The position numbers and the translations under genes were made by a program. From assembly GCA_030141605.1 (NCBI GenBank), contig JAQGDQ010001070.1, positions 1,475-65,474 of the forward strand: a stretch of DNA of 64,000 bases, read 5' to 3'. Below are positions 26,673 to 40,300 of the stretch, one piece after another. Source of the DNA: Tubiluchus corallicola. Its lineage: Eukaryota; Animalia; Priapulida. The notes beneath the pieces are model-generated. The model was not told where the DNA came from. It was given only the letters and a program-made list of their open reading frames with translations, and made no database searches. Within the stretch, counting starts at the first letter, position 1, and the number at the start of each line of letters is the position of its first letter.

Positions 26673-28757
26673 CTAGGTGGATTGACCGGAGGCTTTGGCC
26701 TCGTCGGTTTTATTTTGATGAAAAATGTGTGTGAGAACGAAAAGCGCGACATCGTGCGAAAACCAGTAAGACGTATGCGAGGTCACTGCAGACAAATACT
26801 GGCTTCCGATCGTTCCCTCGCGAAGAACGTAATCAATTCTATCCTCTAATTCATTCGATTCTATAAAATCGTCGGGAAGCTTGACTTCGGGCTCCGGTGA
26901 AGAAGGTTTGATGTTCTCCAGGTCACTCATCTCCTGGTTTACGTTTCCCGGATTTCGAGCGGTCCACCGCGACCAAAGACTCGTCAAATGTGATGTATAC
27001 GAAGCCGCTTGTGAACCTGGAGAAGCGGCCGCACAATTGGAGTTGCTGTCGGATGGAGTGAGCGGCAAAGCAACATACATCATTTCTTTATCTGATAAAT
27101 TCTTAGCGGTAATAAGCTCTGTCTTTATATCATCGTAGGTTTGTAGCTTACGTACGTCGGCCCGATGTACCGACACCGGCGCTATTGTTTCATAATGTTT
27201 CAAAATTAATGGCTCAATTCTATAAGCTACAGGATCTGAGCGATGAAACACGTTAAACAGGCGACTGCACCTGTTTTTGGGAAGTAAATGTTCGATAGAA
27301 CCAATATCCTTTGACTTTAACCCCCTTAGCGCCAGGAAGACGGACAGTGGAGAGCCAATCGTAAACAAGTTCTCAACCTTGAATTTAAGACCTGGCTGTC
27401 CATTCGAGCTGATGAGTTGAGTTTCCAGGTCTCTTGCACGTTTCCGAAGTTCGACTAACTCCGAATAAGCAGCTGCGCTGTGGTTAGAGTTCAACTCACT
27501 GATGCACTTGTCCAGAGTGTCGTTCACGTATTGACCGTACAGCGTCATCGGGTTCCATCCGGTAATGATGTCGTACGTAATGACTGATCCGAGAGAGTGA
27601 GCAACGATCGACACTTTACCGCTAGTCTGAAAGTACGGATGTCGCTCGCAGAACATGTCGTACAAGCGATGAAGCTTATCTTGTACGCCGTGAACTATTT
27701 CGGTTCGAAATTTCGGACTAGAGTAGTACATGATGTCCATGGCCGTACTGTTCAACAAATCCCTCAGAGTTCGAAGCCCGCGCGGCGTAATCGACTCCAC
27801 GGTCCCGTCGTCCAGCTTTAGGGAAGACCTCCACTCCACGGGCAGAAATTCGGCAGTTTTGTCATCGAGTAGAACGCCGGGAAAGTGAAGCTTCATTTGT
27901 TTATGGGCAATTTTGCGAAACGACGAACAATTTCTAATAATTTTAGTCTGATCCATCTTTTGCCCTATGCCATGTACAACAAACACGATATGCGTTATAA
28001 CCGGAGATTTGTCATCGGGCCGAGCCTCTTCACAATAACCCCGGTGCAACCGTATGCCCGATTTAGGAATGCCCACTGCCTTGCCGACGGTGCGAATCAA
28101 CTTGAACGACGTCGATTCGCTAAACATGAAAATTTCGAAAGGGCTGTTCCAGTCTACGTGAAAATCTTTAAATTTACGGTTAAAAATAATAGATTTTCTT
28201 CCTTTCGTTGGAGTTGTCTGCTCAAACTTCAACTCTTGGTTCTGAAACATAGACAAGTGATCACTTTCTATAACGGTGGCGTACTCTTCTTCAACTGGCT
28301 GCCACGTGCTGTCATAGAACCACGTTCCTCTTGTTATTTCGCCCGGTTCAGCTTGCCAATAAATGGGACTATATTCTTTAGATACCACGTTAACCTCATA
28401 TAAGTCACCGAGTACACTAATTCGCTCTACATTTTTGCTGTTGATTACACCGCATCCGGAATTAACCTCCTTGTACATGCATTCAATGCGCAGCGAATCA
28501 AATCCAATAAACGGAGCCCAGCGCTTTTTGCTCGAGTCTCGGTAAAACCAGCGCACTTCCGAAGCTTTGAGCTCTTCTATAACTTCACGTTCCTGTGACC
28601 ATGATCGGCTCTTATTGGCAGGAAAATCCAGGATTTCACAGTTGGCTATGGAGTTCTCACTGTCTGATCTAGTCATATCAGAACTTCCAGGTACGCCTAG
28701 CAGACGGGCAGCAAATTCCTCATCTCTTTTTGCTAAAGCATGCGGATCTTCATCCAT
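26673..28757 (-). CDS. DDHD1: Phospholipase DDHD1-like (PA-preferring PLA1), single coding exon, about 694 aa
   Basis: EVRWFY, FIGFDSLRIE, RGTWF, HIVFVVHGIGQ, EFLPVEWRS, DIMYYSSP, lipase AHSLG, GSPLSVFLALRG, DPVAYRIEP, RIDYVL and HTSYW. True start likely 28757 because 28770-28928 is a GT-AG leader intron that contains the ORF-track start at 28862. Confidence 0.93.
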   Translation of the reverse strand: MDEDPHALAKRDEEFAARLLGVPGSSDMTRSDSENSIANCEILDFPANKSRSWSQEREVIEELKASEVRWFYRDSSKKRWAPFIGFDSLRIECMYKEVNSGCGVINSKNVERISVLGDLYEVNVVSKEYSPIYWQAEPGEITRGTWFYDSTWQPVEEEYATVIESDHLSMFQNQELKFEQTTPTKGRKSIIFNRKFKDFHVDWNSPFEIFMFSESTSFKLIRTVGKAVGIPKSGIRLHRGYCEEARPDDKSPVITHIVFVVHGIGQKMDQTKIIRNCSSFRKIAHKQMKLHFPGVLLDDKTAEFLPVEWRSSLKLDDGTVESITPRGLRTLRDLLNSTAMDIMYYSSPKFRTEIVHGVQDKLHRLYDMFCERHPYFQTSGKVSIVAHSLGSVITYDIITGWNPMTLYGQYVNDTLDKCISELNSNHSAAAYSELVELRKRARDLETQLISSNGQPGLKFKVENLFTIGSPLSVFLALRGLKSKDIGSIEHLLPKNRCSRLFNVFHRSDPVAYRIEPLILKHYETIAPVSVHRADVRKLQTYDDIKTELITAKNLSDKEMMYVALPLTPSDSNSNCAAASPGSQAASYTSHLTSLWSRWTARNPGNVNQEMSDLENIKPSSPEPEVKLPDDFIESNELEDRIDYVLREGTIGSQYLSAVTSHTSYWFSHDVALFVLTHIFHQNKTDEAKASGQST

Positions 28758-31316
28758 TGTTTTACTGTTCTGTAAGTCAGCAGAAAAAAGAATCAGTTCA
28801 TGGAATAGGCATATCACCACGGTGTAAATTCGGTTTTTACGATAAAGTAATTTAGTTTTCATCAGCGTGTAATCAGGTTATATTAATCAAACAAGTTGAT
28901 AATATCATCAGTGATAAAAAACAGTTACCTGGTGAGACGACTAAATTAATAAAATTACAGTCAATACAAAATATTACTATTCAGTCCACCATGTCTTAAG
29001 ACGAATGCATTCAACATGGTCATAAATATTCCTGGCTGTGAGTTTTGTGTTCCTCTACGCCTAAAAGATCATTAGAAGTGGGTAGACCGACCTCCCATTT
29101 TGCATTCTACATAGCCGCCCATCTCGGACATTTAAAGTTTCCTAACTTTTTTAAAGCTACGGCCAGGGGCAACGGCCCAGCTAAGAGGAACTGAATCATA
29201 ACAATAATCGTAAAATTTACTGACGCTCACTGCCATTGACCAAAGGACACCACATTGCTGTCCTTCCTCGGTGCGGTATTATCCACCCTGTTATTAACAG
29301 CCAGACCAGCGACGATAATCGTAATACAAAATGTTTAAGGAGGATGAAGAAGATACAAATTTTTTTACCTTAATTACCTCTTATTGCTTGTGATATCTGA
29401 GAAAGGCGAGCAATATGACGCAAAGATCAAGCAGTAAACGATTCCAAAATGAATTTAAAGTTGCTTTATAGAATCTAGGGGAAATCTTTCGTACGATTAA
29501 ATAGTTTGCTTTTTTTATTTCTGGCTCTTTTGTCGGTTGCGTTGTGTTTACTGAACTTTACATCAAACATAGTAATTAAAATTGATTCGTGAATCCTAGT
29601 TACAGTGCTATATTATGAAAAATATAATAAATAATAGAGTAAGATAAAACTAATATAATATGTACCTTTGCACTTTGCAATCAATTACACAAATAATTCA
29701 TTGCGAGATGCCTGCTGTTCAAAAGTAGAATTTTTCAGGCCCGTGGATGTACTAATTTTTCTCTGCAAATTTTGTCAAATATTAAGTAATTATAATCATG
29801 GAGCAGGGCAGGGAAGGACCATAGGGTATATAGACTATGTATACAGACCCCCTTGCTTATAGACATATTAGTATATTAAAAACCAACGGTGATGCTGCAG
29901 ATAACAAAAAAAACAAATAAATAAAAATAGTACAAATGATACAAATTATCAAAAAAGAACAAAAAACAATAAAGTTAAATGCCTAAATCTGAACAAAACA
30001 ATGCAATTATTCAGTAATTAGGGTTATTACATGTAGTAGTAGTAGTATTAAAGTAGTAGTTTCAAATGGGGCCTTATTAACAGGGTAGTTTGACCAAGGT
30101 TAGTTAGTAAAATTAAAAACTGAGAGTATGCAAAAAATAAGCATGAAAAAAGGGTGTCATATAGAAAAATTCACAAGAAAAAGTAAATTTGAGAGAGAGC
30201 AACAATTGCTTAGGAGATAAGGAAAAAACAAAAACTTGCTAGCTTGCTTATTAGTCTTACAATTTGCATACTATATCCAATTAGTAAGATTTTTATGTAT
30301 CTTGTGGAAGCAGAAAATAAGCAACCTAAAACCTAAGACTTAGCATGCATTACTTTGTGGCCTTTGCCAGCTCAGAGGCCCCTATAATCTACGCCATCTG
30401 CAACTCCAGGGGCAGCAGGAAATTTGTTACATCACTGATCGATAATTACTTTGAAAGTGATTAATACAGAATGACGTCCAAAGATGAGAAAAACATTTTT
30501 GGGAAGTGCACAGGTCAAGACTCCCGTCAGGACCTGTTAGGGTAAAACTCCAACTTTCAATGGTCAGTGATTACCCTTACTATTTTCACACGTGGTCTGT
30601 GTGATCTGATCATACATTTTTAACTGATCATACCGCTATAGTTAAGTTGCTACGATTAGTCGCTGAGCTCGTGCGATTTACTTCCGCCGGTCAGCTGTCG
30701 AAGATCTGTCGTCTTGCGTAAAAGTTGTAGATTAAAATCTGTGTCTTACTGTGCCCAGATAATTACGCAGGATAAGTGATATGTACTAATAAACAGTTTA
30801 CTTCTTGCATGCTAAAGTCGATACGTATAGGTCTTCGTTAACCGCGGTCACTTTAATTTTGATAATTTAGTTGGTAGTTTGCGTTTGTGTATATCTTAAT
30901 TAATAAATATGTTTTAATTTTATAAATATATATTAATAATAATAATTAATAAATACAAATATGTTTTAGTAGTATTCTGGTTATTAACTATCACATATTG
31001 GTATATATGAACACATACTTTTGGTGTGTAATTATGAATGCACAACTGAACTTTATGTCAAACTAATTATAATCTTGAGACTATAAATGTATGCATTATA
31101 CCTTGCACTTTCTACTACATATCAAATTTCTGCGTATGTTAATGTAACTATGCTGAGCTTTTTAAATTGTGCTGTGAATTAACAAATAATGTTAATTGGA
31201 CAGAAAATAGCTTTCACTCGCTTTGTTATTTGAACTGAGTTTTGAGTATTTATATGCTTGCCGATTTTCTTTCGTTTAGATTACATAAGCTGGAAACCTG
31301 CAATCTACTATGGGAA

Positions 31317-34300
31317 ATGTCTTATAGTTTGTGGTATAAGGACTGGGTGTCGTGCATTTGTGACGTCATGGAACATTTAGCTACCATTGCTGAGCTTGAT
31401 ACAAACTATTTGTCGTGGCTGGTCTGGCTGTTTACACCAGTTATTGTGGCTTTCCTGCTACCTGCTCTGCTGGTTATACTGCTTTATGCTTCGGCATTGT
31501 TCCTGAATATTTACAAGTGAGCTGGTTACTGATGTCTTACTAGTGTTGCCGTTCATACGATAATTATCGGAATGTTTGATACTTTGAGGCGTCATATGTT
31601 CCAAAAGGAGACTGTTAAATAATTATGCGATAATTTAATAATAAGGAACAAAAACAAAAAATTGTCTTTGAAAACATCCAGAATGTTACTGGCCAGTGAG
31701 AAATGAATTAACTTTGATTTCGTTGTAGTTTGAAGCATGCTAGTCGTAGGTCCATGAAAAAAACATGCTTAAAAATTCTCATGATGATGATGATAATAAT
31801 TTTTATTTAAAATCGGGTTTTGGGTCAACAATTAACATTATCTCTAAGAGCTATTATCGCCGACTGTAAATAACAACCTACAACTGCATAACAGAGACTA
31901 TTATTACCCCACTTTTACCCTGAATACCACGCGTCAGGCAGGGCAACAGCAGGTACCATTTTTAAAGTCTTTGGTATGACCCCGGCCGCTGGTTTCGAAC
32001 TCACTACCTCCCCGACGGAAAGCAGACGCATTACCACTAGACTAAGCCGTCTGGTCTGAAATGCTCATGATGATGATAAGAATTGATTCTGCACAGGCAG
32101 AAATTAATGACATTTCACTATGTTATCATAAATTTGATTTAACACTTGTTAATGCTACGTTTTTGTGTTATAGTTACTTATTAAGTACATAATTATACAA
32201 TAATTTGCTGCAACAATTTTGGGTTTCAGACAATTTGGCGAAAAATATGATAATTTGGTGGAAAATATGACGATTTGGCGAAAAATATGATAATTTGGTG
32301 GAAAATATGATAATTTGGTGGAAAATATGACAATTTGGTGGAAAATATAACAATTTGGCGGAAAATATGACAATTTGGTGGAAAATATGACAATTTGGTG
32401 GAAAATATGACAATTTGGCGAAAAATATAACAATTTGGTGGAAAATATGATAATTTTTAGCCTCCAGTATGATGAACATCATACAAAATGGCAATCCTGT
32501 ATCTTATCATGTACTGCTTGTCACGTCAATTTAAAATTTCAGAGTTTGGAATTTTTGGAAACTAAACAAGTTAAAAGAAAGATTTAAAAAATAAAATTGA
32601 TGCTCGGTGAAAAGTTTATCAGGATCATATTGGTTCTTGTTCGTATATGTGCATCGTCGTCGTCATCATCATTAAAATAGTTTTTATTTTTGTGCTTCTC
32701 AGGCACAGGCATCGGCTTCATGAAGCGTATTCTACAGACATGTGGGAAGGAGCCCGACTTTTCCTGTGCAGCCTGTGGGAAACGCATGGCTGGATATGGC
32801 ATGGTAAGCTGACTTATGCTTACGTTATCATGTATGCTTTAGAAATTTACAAAGTTTGTGCTTTAGAAATTTACAAAGTTTGTGCTTTAGAAATTTACAA
32901 AGTTTATGCTTTAGAAATTTACAAAGTTTATGCTTTACAAATTTACAAAGTTTATGCTTTACAAATTTACAAAGTTTGTGCTTTACAAATTTACAAAGTT
33001 TATCTTTTACAAATTTACAAAGTTTATCCTTTAGCAATTTACAAAGTTTGTGCTTGACAAATTTACATAGTTAAGGAATACACTAGGTAATATTTACAGT
33101 TTGTGTAACAATTGCACAGAAGTACATTTGGCAGACTGACTACCTTTGCTGTGCTTGAGTTTCAAGGTCCTCTGATTTGTGAAACTTCTCAGTTTCAATG
33201 AACTGCATTCTTGCTTGAAGAACTGTATGCTTGGGAAGAAATTGCAACGTCAATGTTTCATACGGCAGTTCGTCAACATTTGGCTTGATAAATTAGATTA
33301 GATTAGATACTTATTGATATTTGTCAAGTTTACATGAAAGTTACAATGAGTCTGGTGCAAAACAATTTGTCCATAAAAACAACTTATTCCAAGTAACATC
33401 TCTTCCTAAACAAAAATACAAATTACAACAACAACAAATACAAACAACAAGAAAATTAGTTGACCCAAACCATTAGGTGGTTATCAAACAAAATTACATT
33501 TCATATCCCTTGGTATTATTTTAATGCACACAGCTTTTCGTGATCTTCCACATTCATTAATTCATATATATTAGCAAAGTTAGTGTTGTGTTTTGTTTCT
33601 CTCGGAAGGCTCGTAGAGAAAACCAGAAAACATTTCGCCAAATTAAACTAGTTTATTATACGAGAATTCTACAACACAAAAGTATGAAGGAACGCGAAAT
33701 GTTTACAGTAAACATGATAATCTGGAAAAGTTATGGTGTATCTGAGAATACGAGGATACAGGAGATTGTGAGAGAATAAACTTCAGCGGCCAGCTCCGCC
33801 TTAGATATCAGTGCCAGTTCTAAACTTGTAGAAACTTCTACAAGGTAAGACGATTGTTCTACTAAACAATGGAACATTCCACAATATTCTATTTAATTCT
33901 AGTGGATGTCAGTGATCTCCGCAACAGTTAGAAACTCGGTTCTCAAATGATTCGTTCTATGAGATTTTAACAAACTTTGCTCCCCTCATCTTGGATTTGG
34001 CCCATAGATACATTACAGCTGCAACTCAACGGATAGTAAAGCATCTCTTTGTGTGCACTCATTTTCTACCACATGTGCCAAAAAATATGTTTTAATGTGG
34101 TTAAATATTAACATGCCGTGTGCATTTCAGACTGTCAACAATTGTACCGAGTATTCATATTTTCATTTAACAGGTTATCAGATCTATGGTCTAGAAAAGA
34201 TACCAGACACGGGGCCTGCTGTATTGGTGTTTTACCATGGAGCAATACCTGTTGATTTTTACTATATCGTATGTAAGATTATTCTATATAAGAAGCGGCC

Positions 34301-37300
34301 AGTCAAGATTATTGGAGACAGATTTCTCTTCAAAGTTCCCGGTAAGTTGGTTACTTCTAACGAAATATAGGTTTTACTAGAATGGATGCCTTTATAATAC
34401 AAATAAATAAATAAAAGTGATAAAAATTATTTTTCCTCAATTTTGTTGTCCAGTTTACACCATTAGAATTTAATTGTGATTATATAAATAATTACAATCA
34501 AATCTTGTTAAACAGTCTCGCTTTGTAATGCTAACTTTGCTTACAGCCAATATTTTTGGCAAAAATAAATGTATGTATTTACAATGACATGTATACACTA
34601 ATTCACCACGTTTGCTTCAAGTCCCAAATAAGGCAGATTAAAGAAGTTTCACTGATTGTAATTTGTTCGTGTCGAGTTACAACATCTTCCTGATGCATAA
34701 TTATTATAAATTTCCTGCTGTAGATGAAGTCAGAAATACAATATCTTTGCTTTTATTATTTTCCGTGTTTGTTTTTCACGATTCTTGTATTATGAGTTTG
34801 CAGTTTTTTTGATACACCCTGTACTTGTACTTATACATTTTCAGGTTTTAAATTGCTTATGGAAGTTTTCAATGTGATACCTGGATCACAGGAAACTTGT
34901 ACTAGAGTAAGTACTCAGTATGGGTTACTTTTGTATAATAGTAATCATTTATATATTTCATATTTCACTCACATGTCACCAGTTTTTTTACATCATTAAG
35001 TATTCTGTAACAAAACTCGAGATTATTCCGCCATTTTCAGAATACATGTATGAATGTTTTCCACAAACGTTTTGCGGAGTATTGTGAGTATAGCTACTTA
35101 ATATACACCATAGTAAGCTTACTTGCCAAATAAAAGACTCGTATGATAATATATGGCATGGTAAGCTTACTTGCCAAATAAAAGACTTGTATAATAATAT
35201 ATGGCATGGTAAGCTTACTTGCCAAATAAAAGACTCGTATAATAATATATGCCTTGGTAAGCTTACTTGCCAAATAAAAGACTCGTATAATAATATATGC
35301 CATGGGAAGCTTACTTGCCAAATAAAAGACTCGTATGATAGTATATGCCATGGTAAGCTTACTTGCAAATAAAACACTCATATGATAATATATGCCACAG
35401 TAAGCTTACTTGTCAAATAAAAGACTCGTATAATAATATATGCCATGGTAAGCTTACTTGCCAAATAAAAGACTCGTATGATAATATATGGCATGGTAAG
35501 CTTACTTGCCAAATAAAAGACTTGTATAATAATATATGGCATGGTAAGCTTACTTGCCAAATAAAAGACTCGTATAATAATATATGCCTTGGTAAGCTTA
35601 CTTGCCAAATAAAAGACTCGTATAATAATATATGCCATGGGAAGCTTACTTGCCAAATAAAAGACTCGTATGATAGTATATGCCATGGTAAGCTTACTTG
35701 CAAATAAAACACTCATATGATAATATATGCCACAGTAAGCTTACTTGTCAAATAAAAGACTCGTATAATAATATATGCCATGGTAAGCTTACTTGCCAAA
35801 TAAAAGACTCGTATAATAATATATGCCACAGTAAGCTTACTTGTCAAATAAAAGACTCGTATAATAATATATGCCACAGTAAGCTTACTTGCCAAATAAA
35901 AGACTCGTATAATAATATATGCCATGGTAAGCTTACTTGCCAAATAAAAGACTCGTATAATAATATATGCCATGGTAAGCTTACTTGCCAAATAAAAGAC
36001 TCGTATAATAATATATGGCATGGTAAGCTTACTTGCCAAATAAAAGACTCGTATAATAATATATGCCTTGGTAAGCTTACTTGCCAAATAAAAGACTCGT
36101 ATAATAATATATGCCATGGGAAGCTTACTTGCCAAATAAAAGACTCGTATGATAGTATATGCCATGGTAAGCTTACTTGCAAATAAAACACTCATATGAT
36201 AATATATGCCACAGTAAGCTTACTTGTCAAATAAAAGACTCGTATAATAATATATGCCACAGTAAGCTTACTTGCCAAATAAAAGACTCGTATAATAATA
36301 TATGCCATGGTAAGCTTACTTGCCAAATAAAAGACTCGTATAATAATATATGCCATGGTAAGCTTACTTGCCAAATAAAAGACTCATATAATAATATATG
36401 CCATGGTAAGCTTACTTGCCAAATAAAAGACTCCTATAATAATATATGTCACGGTAAGCTTGCTTGCAAATAAAAGACTCGTATAGTAACACGAATACTG
36501 AACTAAATTTACTGTATTCATGTAACACATCTAAAAACAGGAAAAATACAGATGCCACTAACCCTTGCTGGCTTTACACTGAGCAGTTTATTACAGAATG
36601 TATCGATGGTGGTTTAAGCTTGCTTTGGAGAATTTTCACACGTCTTTTTTATGTCTGACTGGAATTCCATCAGAAAATAAATAATGCTTTTAAAAAACAG
36701 TGATAATATCAAGAGTAATGTTTATTGCAGTTGCTTGCACAGGGAGATTTACTAGGAGTGGCTCCCGGAGGTGTCCGGGAGTCTTTATTTTCCGACGAAA
36801 ACTACAACCTGCTCTGGGGAAGGAGAGTTGGATTTGCTAAAGCGGCTTTGAGCAGCAGAGCGGTGAGTTTTACATCAAAGTTATTTCACAGTTTATTTCT
36901 GCATTCATTTCAAAGCTTTTCATTTGTCTAACTTTGTAATGCAATTCAGCTACATGGGTGGCAGAAATTAGACATAATTTACTTTTGTTACTTTTGTAAT
37001 TTTGCTTTAACTGCCGTCAAATATTAACGACACTTTTGATTAAAAATGTTTACAACTAAAATGAAAGAAAAGGAAATTTAAAGTCCATACAAATTTATTT
37101 TATTTTGCACTACGCATACTTGTTTGAAAGACTTATGTAATTAGAAAAGAAAATGTTCATAATTTAAAATATTCTTGCCAGTCTTGCCTATCCATCCCAG
37201 TGTGCACCACTGATTCACCGAAAAACACACTATTGATCTTATTGACAATAAAACGTAATTGATACTTTCCTTAGTTATGGTACTGATAGTACTGATAAGA

Positions 37301-40300
37301 GTGCGCTACGAATGCTCTGATTATTTTTTCAAATTGTACGCAATGTTATATAAACTTGTTTCAAATGTTCAAATGTCAAAATGGCTGCACCTAATGCCAA
37401 AATAACTTAATGTCAAAATGGCTGCACCTAATGCTAAAATAACTTAATGTCAAAATGGCTGCATCTAATGCCAAAATAACTTAATGTCAAAATGGCTGCA
37501 CCTAATGCCAAAATAACTTAATGTCAAAATGGCTACACCTAATGCCAAAATAACTTAATGTCAAAATGGCTGCATCTAATGCCAAAATAACTTAATGTCA
37601 AAATGGCTGCACCTAATGCTAAAATAACTTAATGTCAAAATGGCTACACCTAATGCCAAAATAACTTAATGTCAAAACACTAATGCCAAAATAACTTAAT
37701 GTCAAAATGGCGCATCTAATGCTAAAAACTTAATGTCAAAATGGCTACCTAATGTAAAATAACTTAATGTCAAAATGGCTCACCTATGCCAAAATAACTT
37801 AATGTAAAATGGCTGCACCTAATGCAAAATAACTTAATTCAAAATGGCTCACTAATCCAAAATACTTAATGTCAAAATGGCTGCATCTAATGCCAAAATA
37901 ACTTAATGTCAAAATGGCTACACCTAATGCCAAAATAACTTAATGTCAAAATGGCTGCATCTAAAGCCAAAATAACTTATTGTCAAAATGGCTGCACCTA
38001 ATGCTAAAATAACTTAATGTCAAAATGGCTACACCTAATGCCAAAACAACTTAATGTCAAAATGGCTGCATCTAACGGTCATCGCGAGAGTTTCAATTTA
38101 CAAGTTTTATACAGTGTTACTGCCTATGCAAGCACTGTATATAATAAGAGCTTGTAAATGATGTAAAATTTCAAGTCCAACTTTTCAAGTGTTATAAAAG
38201 TAACATAATCAATCATTGTCTACTGCTGCTGATTGATTAATTCCAGGTGTTGTCGTTCATCTTGGGCACCTGTTTTCATTATTTTGACGTCTCAAATGTT
38301 GACTTTTTCATTTCAGCCCGTCATTCCTATCTTCACAATGAACGTCAGAGAAGCATTTCGATTTCCGGCCATAGCTAAAGGTATCATTTTCATTTTTTTC
38401 TGTTTGCAGTGAGTGAAACGATAGCGATCAACTTTATACCGCGAATTATGACTGTGAACTTTGACTGCATGATTCGTTAATAATTTCAAGTGATTAATTT
38501 TTACTTGCCTGCAGATTATAACTTATATTTTCGTTGGCCGCTGGTAGAAAGTTATTCCTTCAACTTTGTCATCAATACTAAATACATTTACTGTTACAGC
38601 CAATACCAGTTCACAGTAGCATAGGTAATAGGGGGGAGCAGGGGGAGCCACTGTCCCCCTCCCCCAGCACATTTTTAAAAGTGCGTTAAAAGGCCTAATA
38701 ACGATTTTTTTGCATCCGACCTGCATACATCATTACTACTACACTCAAGAAACTGTTTTAGAAGTTATTAAAATTTATATTACAAACCATATATTTCTAC
38801 TTTCAGGACAGATAGTGGTAATTTCATTACAATGCATATTAGTAATGTGTATCACACAGTCTGTGTAGTACAGTGTTATTAAGCTACAACCGTCTTGTAA
38901 GGGTTAATGGCATCCGATCTAGTAGCAAAAACTACCCGCACTATCTTTGGGATCGTGGCACGGACTTCAGCTGGATACACTTAATTAATCACCCGGGCCG
39001 CACTTTCATTAGGTTGACAAATCTCTTCGCGGGCCGCACAAATTCTCTCGGCGGGCCGCAATTTGCACACCCCTGCTTTAGAACGTAGCGACACCCCCGC
39101 CCGCATGCTTGAAATTGTGAAACTGATGATCTGAATGACCTATGTGCTGCTCACCACCCAGGTGGGTGGGCTATTAGTTGGTTTTTTTCAAAAAGAGATA
39201 CGTCTTTTCAGGTATCTTGAAAAAGGGCTACGAAAAATGGAGAATACCGATATTACCGCCTTACGGAAACTTTCCCGTTTTGCTAAAGTAAGTTTTTACT
39301 TCATTTCTTACAAATTTCTTTATTTTTATAATAGGTAATGGTAAAAGCTACTGTAGTTATTTTTTGCGCTACTTTCAAGTCAATAAATAAGTAAAAAAAG
39401 ACTAAAAGAGCTTTTTTCTTTATTTTGCTACTAGCTATATGTACAGCTAGAATAAAATTGTTCTAGTTCATTTTATTTTCTTCAACGTTTAACCTTCAAT
39501 GATAGCTGTTGATTTGTTTGTAGATTTTGTAAAGGTAGAAAAGAAATTTAAACATAAAATCTCATAAAACAACATAAAAATGTCATTAAAATACTGCGGA
39601 TACATGCCTTAGTAAATATATGTGGTAATATATATGTAGTCACGGAAACACTGTCAACAGAGGTTAATACCACTGAATGCTTTATTGTAACATAAACAGT
39701 ACATAAATGTGCCACATATCCCATAAAGTGGATTAACCTGACTGTTCAGAGCACAGGTGGGTAAAACAGACAGGTGACTAGCAGGTAACAAAACTGAAAA
39801 ACTGACCAAAACCAAAAGCTTTACATTCCCGCCACAGATGGCGCCTCGCGCACGAATTTCTAAGCAAGATTAACAAATATATATACTTCAATATATATAT
39901 TAGTAATACACAATATATATACAATATATATATATATACATATATACAGTATATATTTTAGTAATAATTTCACTTTTAACAGTAGTACTTTCATAACTCA
40001 CTTTTATTTAAAGTGGAGTCATTAATCGACTGTTAGTTTTTGTATAGTGAAAGAAATCAGTTTTGCAGCTGATCATGTGAATCTTGCTTTGTGTTTACTG
40101 GTTTTAATTTGATGAAATGTGGAATTTGAAATTACATATTTTGCAATCATTAATAATATAGCTAATGTAAATTGTTTACGTTTCAACAACATGTTTTCGC
40201 TATTTCCTATTTTATTTTTAGATATTCAACTGTGAAAAGCTAGAACTAATGAAACTAACAGCTTATATTTAAATCATCAATTAAGTTAAAGGTTAATTAA

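Noticed and set aside
26881-28827. Plus-strand ORFs overlapping DDHD1 (and those over TEX9)
   Set aside because: Antisense shadows of real coding sequence
28758-28862. 35-aa N-terminal extension of the 729-aa ORF
   Set aside because: Mostly inside a GT-AG intron (28770-28928) with a polypyrimidine tract; ATG at 28757 preferred
31985-32056. tRNA gene (also about 45095-45163 and a B box at about 40335)
   Set aside because: tRNA-like head continues into a SINE body and tail; no proper acceptor stem
37680-37870. Burst of single-base deletions in the 37-bp array
   Set aside because: Pattern resembles long-read consensus error; cannot be treated as biology without reads
39621-39889. Possible solo LTR (TG...CA, minus-strand AATAAA)
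   Set aside because: Ends and TSD ambiguous in (TA)n context and no second copy in the window
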